A stretch of 61,458 nt of DNA, counting the filler, from Hausera hauseri (Eukaryota), in NCBI GenBank assembly GCA_046269625.1. It is 10 parts of 10 records of this genome, joined end to end, with 100 filler letters (N's around TTAATTAATTAA, not from the genome) between each part and the next. Parts side by side here need not be neighbours in the genome. Positions count along the whole stretch, not along the records: positions 45,855 to 52,856 come from JBJURY010044444.1; positions 52,957 to 61,458 come from JBJURY010619886.1; 8 more parts are not named here. One strand, given 5' to 3'. The translations under genes were made by a program, and so were the position numbers. Position 1 is the first letter of the stretch, and each line of letters starts with the position of its first letter. Shown here in pieces: positions 51,530-61,458 of this stretch. Under the pieces are notes generated by a model. The model had not been told where the DNA came from. It did no database searches and saw nothing but the letters and a program-made list of their open reading frames with translations.

Positions 51530-52124
51530 CCCTCGATTTTGTATAGACATAAAAACAAGAAAACAGTAACACGAAAGAATGGTTCAGATGATGACGAGCC
51601 TAAGGGAGAAGAAGTGAGTTCCAGAAATAATATACGCAAGATTTATTCAGTGATTAACGCGTTATTGCCCATCATACCACCAACCGCACCCGTATGCGAA
51701 GACTGCGACCAAAGATCAGTCATGCCATATAAGCCCGAGATTTACCAAAAGCCCATTGACTATGAAAACCCTACGAAAGAACGAAACATTATGGAGTACT
51801 ACGGAAAATGAATGTCATTAACCAAGGACTTACAAAAGCGACCACGGGATGTTATACTGGAAAAGAATACCTCATCACATAGAATCGAAATCAAGCATTT
51901 GAAAGGACCCGAAATTGTGTTCGATCCCAGATCCACTACCTCAAGAACCTCTCATCGGCGGTCGTGTAAATGAAATAGCTAATAGTAATTTATACCCGAG
52001 CGGAGAATTAAGACAATTAAGGGAAAATATCGTTTCGTCCCCAGAAATAACGATAAATGGACACCGAGTCTCTACTATAAAACCGCTAAAAATAGCATCT
52101 AATTGCTTCGGGACAGTAGTAGAA

Positions 52125-52470
52125 GGAAGGCCTGTTGCAAAAGTGTACATTGAAAACTGGGAAGTATATGCTTTAATCGACACAGAATCAGAAAAATTAT
52201 TTATAAAATACGAATCCATACCAACCACATTGCGAGACCAAGTATGCCCACCATGATCATCGGACCCAGGTAGCGTAGGAGCATTCGGACAAATATCGAA
52301 ACCAAAATTTAAGTGGACTCCCACCATTTATATGATGGGCCAAGCACTGCAACACGAATTTGCGATAATGGACCAGTTAACAGATGATGTAGTACTGGGT
52401 TGTGATATATTAAAACACATACCAGGTCTGGCAATCGATCTGAATAGCGGGAAACTACTAGAGCTCGGAC
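52125..52470 (+). pseudogene. Retropepsin-like aspartic protease (active site degenerate, DTE)
   Basis: GRPVAKVYIENWEVYALIDTES...HEFAIMDQLTDDVVLGCDIL. Confidence 0.8.
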
Positions 52471-53497
52471 CAATTAAGGGAACAAAAGTAATAAAAGAAG
52501 GGAAACCGGGTGAAGTATGGATTCCAGTAGATGAAGACATTCCGCCTAGGACTCAAATGTTGATTTTTGCACAGATTCGTCAAGACGAAGATTTATCAGT
52601 GTATTTTGAACCGCAAGAGAATATTCACCCAAACCTCATGTTTAGTAATTGGAGAATTTATAATATACGCAATGAACGATTTTGTTGAGTTCGTAATTTT
52701 GATACAAGGTAAAAACACACCCGATATATTACTCCTCTTTTGGATATTTTTTCTCCTTTCATAGCCAACAATTTTATTGTAAATTACCCATGAAATAAAA
52801 TGAATATCAATCTCATAACCACCTCTAGCTCCTCTTGACGTAGAATCTTTTCTGAANNNNNNNNNNNNNNNNNNNNNNNNNNNNNNNNNNNNNNNNNNNN
52901 TTAATTAATTAANNNNNNNNNNNNNNNNNNNNNNNNNNNNNNNNNNNNNNNNNNNNATTCTTATTATTGCGTAAGAAAGGTACTTGAAGGCACACCTTTT
53001 ATAGTTATAATTGTATTTTACTAAATCTAAATCGATTTTGTCAAATATCGTCATTATAGTCAAGATTTCTAATTTTATCACTACCTACTGAAACCCTTAC
53101 TTCCTTCTCGAAATCATTAAAACCGACAAACTTGCATTAGTGATTCATCATTTGCAAAATTACTGAATATTGAAGAATTTAATAGAAATCAAATAGGTGT
53201 TTATCGATAATTATCACAATACATCTGGTAATTTCGTAAATGGATTTCAGTATGTGTATCAATTTTAAGGGAAGAGAAGAGCTTTCAAGTACTTTCCAGG
53301 GGGCTTATTACGCTGTTTTAGAGAAAAGATTTTATAAGAACAACCTCTGCAGGAATGGGAGGTAGTTGAAAAGGACTGAAAACGTTTGGCGACAAAAACA
53401 AAGCAAGATAAATATTGTATGGCTGCTAGAAATATAAGAAAGCTACTCTGCCTAAAGAGGTAGTTGGGAAATGTTTTAACTGCTTCATTAAACACAC

Positions 53498-53625
53498 CTC
53501 AAAAAGTTTCGAGTACTTGTTGGGTAATCTCTCCCATGTTGTCTTCAAACGCGTCACAGAGCCATGACCCAAACCACTCAGAATGGCAAACATGGAATTG
53601 AAGTTCTTGGAATCTTTACAATGTT
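53498..53625 (-). CDS. Single exon of a RasGEF-domain protein (RAPGEF2/PDZ-GEF-like)
   Basis: [42 protein letters not shown], bounded by AG and GT. Confidence 0.82.
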
Positions 53626-55415
53626 CTAGCAAGAGAAACAATGAAAAACATCTTATCACTCATCCTTGTCTTTTTGTGCAACAACATTTTCAGAACAAAA
53701 TACAAACTGAAATTAAATTTGGACATTATTTTATATATAATATATACATTATTTTATATTTAAAACATATATATAAAAATATATAGTTTTCTCATTTCGC
53801 GGACGCAACCGCTGTAATTTTATATTGAAACTAATTTTATATTACAATCATATTCTTAGAAAATCATAAAAACATTACTAGCATAATCATATAAAATATC
53901 ATATATGCAAGCATTATTCGGGAATTTTTTTGTACCGTTGTATAAATCTATTATTATTAAATTAATTTTTCAACTAATTTATTACAAAAATCTCAAAAAT
54001 CAACAGGAAAAAATTATATAAAATTGATCATATCTGTTTCTACTGACAAATTGAACAGTAGTTTAATTTGTGAAATTACTTATAAAATTTGCAAAATTTA
54101 GCCAAAATGTAGACCTTCACTAAAATGTGTTTTTTGACTGAAATATGCAATTTTAATTTTTTATAAAAATAAATTGTTATTCCTTAGAGAGTTTATAAGG
54201 GCGGATAGTGAGGGATCGATTAGCAAAATGTTCTTACCCGATTTATTTCTGGTTATTACAATTCGGTGTCAAAATACAAAAGATAGAATTACGAGATCTG
54301 ATACAAAATATCGCATGTGTAAGTTACCGGAAATTTGAGGAGTATCTACATAAATTCCGGAATATATGTCTACTTACATTGAGGATATTCTGTAAAACTT
54401 ATTGGTTTCTGACACATGAGATCCTTTTTAAAATTCCGTAAATCTATTGCACGATATTATCCATGCAGTATTTACTTTATAAATGATAACATAATTAAAG
54501 TTGCAAAAGATAACAACACTCACTAAAACACCTGCACACGAACATAGATTTGAAGAAATTTTATTAACTTTGTTAAATTCATCAGGTTTTTCGATCACTT
54601 ATATGTTGTCTATCTTCCATCATGTTAAAAAAATTTCATAAGACATGTATGCTATCTCAAAACCGTTGATTTCATGCAAGCCAAATCTCTGTTGTACGAC
54701 AGTTTCCTAATATTAGAAAGAAATGATTATGTTCGATAAAACAGCTACGAAGATAAGCCAACAAAACATCAGAATTTGGTATAAAATAAACAAACAAATG
54801 CAACAACATTTAATCTTTCGGCAATTACCTTACTGCAAAATTAGCGATATCAAAAAAAAACCAAAAACCCGTAAACCAATTAAGTTTACCTTCATTTAAA
54901 ACAAAAAAAATTATATTTCAACTGTGCAACATCAAACTGAACTGAGAATGGGAAATTTATACTAATCACTGTCGGAATTATCCAAATCAACATCATATTC
55001 TTTCGACTGTAAAACTTCAATTTCTTGTTCTAATTCAAGAATGGCTTGTTCGATTTCATAGTTTTCCCAACCAAACTAACCCAGGTTTCCTCTAACATTT
55101 TTAGACTTTCTCCAATATATTCCCTTGTTTCCCAAATAATTCGCTGGCATGCGCTTTTGAACATATCAGATTTACAAAATCATAAAAATGTTCTCTCTCC
55201 CACCTACGGCTGCCTATTTAAGTATAGCCGAAAATACGCAGTTGTATCTGACACACACACACACTCCCCTGGTAACAAGCAAATCTCATCTGTTTGTACT
55301 TCTCCATCAATTGTAAACTGCTACTCCAATTACGAACAATTTTCCGACGAGTCTCACCGATTCGGCACAGCCAAGCCATATCAATATGACAGTTGCCAAT
55401 CGCATGCTGTTGAAC

Positions 55416-56491
55416 CTAAGACGATCCGTTACGTCCAAGGAAAAACTTATCAACAATCGCCTTTCCATTGTTCAATTTGACGTCCATATTGTCCGTTGTC
55501 AGGTCAACAATGTCATTAATTGCTGAATTGGCACAATACAATGCCTGATGACCACGTTCAGATTCTTTCACTGCATCGGCAATGCCCAATAACAATGTCA
55601 GATCTCTGTACAACTGTCGAATTTGCAATGATGAAATTGTCAATTGGCATTGGACAATTGTAAACGATTTATTTGGATTCGGTGGACAAATCAGTCCGCC
55701 ATCACCTACACCGAATAATCCACTGCATGATGCCTGCAGATATATTTTGTACGTTGATCCAACAACAGATGGTTTGATTTGCACTGCAGTTCGTGAATGT
55801 GTTGATGTCACTCCCTGAACCACTTAATACAGAAGTGCCGTACACAACAAAACTCACCGTAATTAAGTTACCATCGCCATAAAAAACTAACAATTTACGT
55901 CCACTATTCCATTGTAATTCCACACATGTTCGACAATTGTTCTCAATCCATTCATCAGGCAATGAATATTGCACACTAAACCAATGGACAGACCATCTAG
56001 ACAAATCACGAATCCATAACAACACCCAACAAAACCGCACGTTGGTCCAAACGAAAATGATGCCTTATGAACAACATCCCATTGATCATCTGTCGTGGCC
56101 ATTACATCATTTATAGTTATAGCGCAATCGTCTCGGGTTTGTGGTGCATCTTTCGTTGATAAATGCGGAATTGTAATAATCCGTAAATTGTGAATTTCAT
56201 CAACATTTCTCGTTCCTTGAATCAATCTGGAAAAATTGATAAATCCAAATGACCGATATCGTTTATCGATAAATCATACTTCCCATACAAATTGACGTCG
56301 ACAAAATATTCATTCGACAAATATTTCTCCACTCTTTCGTACGTTGTTCGCCAATTTTTGAATAAAATCATCACGATACCTGAGAAATTTAATCAAAGAA
56401 AATAATAATTTACTAAAAAACATTATTCACTAATTGAAATAAAAATTACATTTACAATGATCACCAATATTTGTAAATATCCGTATTTCAA
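55416..56491 (-). CDS. Multi-exon membrane protein, possibly DC-STAMP/sneaky/SPE-42-like (may be degenerate)
   Basis: Short GT-AG introns; KYLSNEYF.D..LY, hydrophobic segment with D..L, I.EH, VGDGG, C.PNP and RQLYR appear in DC-STAMP-like order. Confidence 0.35.
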
Positions 56492-57454
56492 CTGAATAAA
56501 AATTGTACAAAATGTCAAACACAGAAAATCCGAGAAAAATTAGACAAAAAAGCAGCCAAATAAACTATTAAAACAACATCATTAATTTGTATCTAATGAA
56601 AACAAAATAGTGTCTAATTGTAGCTTGTCAAATAAAAACGTAATATTCTGTTATAGTCCACTCCCAGACCCAATCAGTCAGATATTTTTACAATCAGACG
56701 ATTTTTTTTATTTAACAAATTTTAGTGACTTTAATATTTACCCTTCCAAATAAAACTGACAAATAATTCCTGGACATTAACATTTGTTGATACATGTACG
56801 TTGGTACTCAAAAATATAATGAAATTATAGAAGAAAAACTTTCCTAATTTATATTGGGAAAAGTATGCTAGTGTGTAAAAATTTCATAATTTCAGTATTA
56901 GTCGAAAGATCGATTTGTAACACTGGTATAACAAAATTTTCGCACTTGAAATTTTAATGCTTTTCAAGTCATAATAATGCCCTTTAGCCCGATGTAAAGT
57001 ATTGGAAAAACGTCATATAGTTTCTAGGTTCTCGCATTTTCAAAACATATTCTGCCAAAAAGTGACGTTTAACCTCTAAACTTTGGCAAAATTACAATAT
57101 TAGTTCTCTTGTAAAATTTTAAGTTAATGTAAATCGTAAATTGTTTTATAAAAACGTAAATTGTTTTATAATCTATATTCAGTTTTAAGATTAAATTATG
57201 TATGCACAAATTCATATGACTGTGTGCGTACTATATTTATAAAAAGTAGAGAGAGTTTATAAACACCCAATGTATTAGTAGTTTGTTTATTTGGGTGAAA
57301 TAAAATTGAATTAAAATTGATCAAGTAATTTGACAATGGTGTTGAATTGACTTGTTTTGTCATTAAATATTTTATGTCAAGTTGTTGATATTTACTGTGT
57401 AACGCACATTATACTACTACCTTATTTTTCATTTGTCCGTAATCAAAAATCGTT

Positions 57455-57770
57455 ATGCAAAAGTGTGAATTTTGTCGGATTTAATTAGGATTATCGGTTG
57501 GACTATTGCATAATAGTTATTTTGAGTAGTTGAGTTGTAGATGTATCTTGATGGGCAACTGTAATGGATATTCCATTTATACTGTTGACAAGGATCAGAT
57601 TGTTGAGAGGGAGAGCAACAGTAATTTAATTTTATGTTTATTAATCATTTAAATGTAGACATTTGTCCTATCATCAAATTGGGTCGACTGCACAGCAGCT
57701 CTCTTGTGTTTGTGTCAACAGACAACCATCGTAAATTGACATTGTATCATCACAAAAAGAATTATTGAGG
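57455..57770 (+). pseudogene. Atg18/WIPI N-terminal fragment (3 short exons) with premature stops
   Basis: VNFVGFN*DYR|CILMGNCNGYSIY...|...LGRLHSSSLVFVSTDNHRKLTLYHHKK resembles WIPI FNQD...G...GY...VERLFSSSLVAIVS...RKLKVCHFKK; introns are ~40 bp. Confidence 0.65.
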
Positions 57771-59547
57771 TGAAATATTGCCAAAAATGGATTCAACATT
57801 TTGCAGCCTAGTATGTTCAATTTGTTTTCACATTAAATATTTTTATTCATTTTCAGATATATTACGTGGAGTCAATTATAAGCGATATTCCTATTCAATA
57901 CCAAAATGTATGTATTACTTGAATTCTCTGGACCAACCTAGCATAAAATTGATTAAGTGTAAAACGGAAACAATTGAAGATGCTGATATTAACAACTATA
58001 TTAAGTTAGAAGAGTCGATAATTGACAGACTAAAATTTTATATGCCAAATTAAGTATTATCGGATGAAAGGAATGTTGATTGGTCCATATGTCAAGATTT
58101 TAAAAGAGCTTAGTGTTGCCGACTAGGACAAAAGCAAAATAATATAATTCAATGTGCAAAGTCTGTTGAAAGCAAACTCTCAATTTTGAAAGAGTTGAAT
58201 TCAGTTGATACGCATGCCAGCGAATTATTTGGGAAACAAGGGAATATATTGAGGAAATCAATGATTTTCAAATAATATATGAAAACATTTTGCAAACGTA
58301 CGCGTTGAATTTTCGTGAAGACTTTGCGAAATTTAATGCCTCGGTTTGGTTTTTTTTCCGATCACCACGTATATTTGATGGATATAAAAATTCATATACA
58401 GGAGAGACGAGTCTTCACTACCGTAGTAGAATCTTAGGACATGGACAACGGGGTAAATATATTTGTAGTCCCTACGTCTAAATGTGTTTTCGGAAACGAA
58501 AAATGTAAAAACTTTGCATATATAATAAAATATATATGCAACTTATGCTAGTCAAAATATTTAATGATTGACTAGGATGGAATCCGTTACAAACTTGCAA
58601 TTTCAGCATGGAAGCCATTTTAACTTGCAGCCAATTTTGATAAACAATCAACATGGTGAATACTAAGTTACAGCCAGATTTTATAAAATTCTGTTGACCG
58701 CCATTCAAATACTTCCATATTTAGTGTGTTAGTTTATACATCCTGCTCTTCGACAAAAGCTACTGCTGTTTTGGTGTCTATATGAGTGTCATTAAAATTT
58801 AGCAGGATTGTTGGACTCAATTCGTGTTATTGCTAATGGCAATGAAATAAATTACATCACAAAATTCGGGTAGGAGTTGTCACCAAATAATAGAAAGCAG
58901 TAGAAGAAAACTTGTCATTAACTTTTGGAGATGCTTTACCAGAGATTCTTATACATGTCCGATATCGGCCAAAACAATTCCGAATTATCTCAGCTTTCAA
59001 TCAATATTCTACTATAAAGCCATTTATCTCATTATTGACTAATTTGAGGAGTCTTGCGTCAACATCAAGTCTGGAAATAATTACTCTTATTTTCGACGGA
59101 CAAGGCGGAATCTATTACTGGCGGCATGTTTGTGATAACTCATTGTGCTCGACAGTTTCTTTGATATGCTTAATATGTAATATACACGCGCATTTCGCTG
59201 AATACTTAAAAAGTCAATTTTTGTTAATGCTGAACAAATGAATGTGCATAATATAACGCAGCACAGTTTATGCCAAAGTTGTGACAGATGACCGGGTAAT
59301 AATGAAACACTTTAAGTTAATATATTGTTGTTACGTTTAGAATGTTGAAGCTTTTGTAAATTATTATTCACATTAGATATTCAAATAACCCGAAAATTAA
59401 ATCTTATGATCATTGGAATTGAATATTTCGTACTATAGTTTCTTCCTCACATTCTTTCTTACATCAATTTTGTCGTTTGATGAAGTAAAAGATTTGCAAA
59501 CCGCATTCATAATGTAATTTGTCCAAACGTCAAGCAGCATATTTCAG

Positions 59548-59916
59548 AGGAATTGGACAAATGGGAACAACTGACTGTTGCCGACGCTCTTGAGCCGGTG
59601 AATTTCGAAGAAAAAGAATATGTTGTTAGACAGGGTGAAGATTTCTTTATGATTATCGAAGGTGTTGCCAAAGTCTTTCAAAAACCATCGGATTCAGATG
59701 AAGATATTGAAGTTGGAACATTGGGTCCATCGGATTATTTCGGTAATCCATCTCACGTTTGTCTGTTACTATCGGGTTTACTCAGGTGAAATTGCTCTTT
59801 TGCTGAACCGCCCTAGAGCTTCAACAGTTCAGGCTTGTGGACCATTGAAATGCGTCAAACTCGACAGAAAGCGATTTGAGCGTGTATTGGGAAGCTGTGC
59901 GGAAATCCTGAGTTAG
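59548..59916 (+). pseudogene. PRKAR1: cAMP-dependent protein kinase type I regulatory subunit, CNB-B fragment (exons 59548-59742, 59786-59916)
   Basis: [16 protein letters not shown]...GPSDYFG|[14 protein letters not shown]...[16 protein letters not shown]; 43-bp intron. It lacks the PG residues after QGE and stops early (ILS*). Confidence 0.85.
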
Positions 59917-60583
59917 GATTTTCAGAATTATCTGTTGCACTTTCTGAAATCATTTTTATCACATACAAGGCCCTAGATTTTATGCATGATTCATTGGATA
60001 ATTCATCTTCATTCATATCCAATAGTGTCACAGCTTCAGTGTTACCAGAACTGAAACTCGTAAACCCAGATGTTAGAATTTGTGAATGATTTGTTGATGA
60101 ATAATATTCTGTAGCCAGTTTCAATATTTGCAATTTAAATGATCTCGAGATAGAATTTTCTGATAGAATTCTTATGATAGAAAAAGCCTTTAAGTTCACA
60201 TTCAATTCTTTCTCTACCGAATCCCGATTTGATTCGATGAATTGGGGATTTTTAAGAGTGACTAACACTAGATTAAAGTTACTGCTTAGTTCTTTCAAAA
60301 AGCACATAACAACCCACAGATTATCTGACTCAATGGTTTGATCCAATCGATACTTTGATTTTGCCATCCATACGTTACATTTGTGCATCAAATTCATTGC
60401 TTTACTCCATTCGTTACTATTTACATTTCGAATGAAATCCTGAAATTTTGACTGTTCTACTACTCGTTGTTGATTAGATCCATAGGTGACAGGTTCGGAT
60501 TCAGAGAAGCAGAGCTTTTTAATGATTTCCATCAACTCTGTAAAATAATCTACAGCCTTGTATTGATAATACGCTCTATTCAT
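59855..60583 (-). CDS. Unknown intronless 242-aa ORF whose last ~20 codons run antisense into the PKA-R fragment
   Basis: A long ORF in AT-rich DNA with an ATG start; no family recognised. Confidence 0.5.
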   Translation of the reverse strand: MNRAYYQYKAVDYFTELMEIIKKLCFSESEPVTYGSNQQRVVEQSKFQDFIRNVNSNEWSKAMNLMHKCNVWMAKSKYRLDQTIESDNLWVVMCFLKELSSNFNLVLVTLKNPQFIESNRDSVEKELNVNLKAFSIIRILSENSISRSFKLQILKLATEYYSSTNHSQILTSGFTSFSSGNTEAVTLLDMNEDELSNESCIKSRALYVIKMISESATDNSENPNSGFPHSFPIHAQIAFCRV

Positions 60584-61294
60584 AATTCCAGTTATCTAAC
60601 GTATTAACTGATTGTTATATTAATGAAATCTGATTTATGTCATGAACTACATTATTTTCTGTTTAGCGATAAACATGAATGTTATTATGTTTAGGAAACA
60701 TTATTTCAATTGAAAATTATATCATATTTGGTTATGTATGATCAAATTTCATTTATGTAATGGTCATTCTATTTAATTAATTGTTTTGTTATATTATCAT
60801 GTTAAAAAAGACAGGAAATCAAATATAAATACGTGATCTTAATGATACAAAAACCAGAAATTCTGATACGTTTTAACGACGATTTATCTTTATTTATCCA
60901 AATCTTGTAAGTTGATGCAATTGTATTTATTCTTAATTGTATTAGAATTATAATTTTATTCTTGAGTACGTATATTTTTGATCAAATAACTAAGTAATTA
61001 AAATGATGTAACATGCCTAGAATGAAGATAAAGCACAAAAACTGATGTAGCCTGCTGAATGGATAAACAGCTGAAGGAAGATGAGAACAGGGATACTAAA
61101 ATGGCCAGCAGAACCCTCTGCTGGTAGAAGACTATAACTGCAAAACAACATGTTTTATGTGCTCTCACTATAACAACACCTTAAGGTCAGAGCTACATCA
61201 AACTCACATTATGAGGAATATTGCTTATCATGCTGTGAGAGCAGTGTAACAAACTTAAGTCAGCTGCTGTTGTGCAAAACGGATTTTTCTTTAC

Positions 61295-61426
61295 CTTGTT
61301 TATAAGAAAGAGCAGTGACTGGGTGAGGCCACAGTGCTTCTCTGCCAAGAAACGGTACCTCCTCTCCTCCTCTTTCAGGATCTCCTGCTGGCTTTGCTTT
61401 AGGTAGATCATGTATTCACTGTTCTC
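61295..61426 (-). CDS. I-BAR/IMD exon, BAIAP2L2-like (vertebrate/teleost-like)
   Basis: 132-bp phase-0 exon ENSEYMIYLKQSQQEILKEEERRYRFLAEKHCGLTQSLLFLINK; the EEERRYRFLAEKH motif is typical of IRSp53-family BAIAP2L2; canonical splice sites. Confidence 0.72.
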
Positions 61427-61458
61427 CTGAAAACACACACACTATGAAAGTGCCAACA

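Larger units (their letters stand above)
45855..52670 (+). mobile_element. Degraded env-bearing LTR retroelement coding region: gag knuckle - unknown - Ubl - chuvirus-like glycoprotein - protease
   Basis: Continuous same-strand coding with uniform A-rich composition, broken only by point stops and frameshifts; the domains are listed separately. Confidence 0.82.

Noticed and set aside
57484-57490. Stop-codon reassignment (TAG=Gln in the WIPI FNQD motif)
   Set aside because: Long ORFs elsewhere (RING, Pol, HMGCL) have no in-frame TAG/TAA, and the same fragments also contain TGA stops and frameshifts, so this is ordinary pseudogenisation.

Overview
The window is not one locus. It is ten unrelated fragments joined by identical 100-bp artificial linkers (44 N + TTAATTAATTAA + 44 N): 1-3989, 4090-10713, 10814-15613, 15714-20470, 20571-29118, 29219-36127, 36228-40804, 40905-45754, 45855-52856 and 52957-61458. 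All recognisable content is eukaryotic (animal), AT-rich, mostly degraded mobile DNA. It includes Ty3/Gypsy LTR retrotransposon remnants, a Maverick/Polinton (adintovirus-like) module (pPolB, packaging ATPase, integrase, two minor-capsid-like ORFs, major capsid), mariner and Tc1 transposons, an RTE LINE, tRNA-derived SINEs and a hAT-type element. Orphan fragments of host genes are also present, some with ~40-bp introns: HMG-CoA lyase, PKA-RI, Atg18/WIPI, mask/ANKHD1-like ankyrin, a RAPGEF2-like exon, a tandemly duplicated RING gene and a vertebrate-like BAIAP2L2 exon. The best candidate for an undescribed system is fragment 45855-52856. It is a decayed LTR-retroelement coding region ordered Gag zinc knuckle, ~900 aa unknown helical region, ubiquitin-like domain, internal signal peptide, chuvirus-like class III glycoprotein with TM anchor, PTAP and LYPx3L late-domain motifs, then aspartic protease. 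That places a captured RNA-virus envelope between gag and pro. The second candidate is fragment 40905-43700, where an intronless PARG (poly-ADP-ribose glycohydrolase) domain sits upstream of a coiled-coil, a degenerate Gag knuckle and a protease remnant. All family assignments come from motifs recognised by eye. No searches were run, and the source organism(s) cannot be established.
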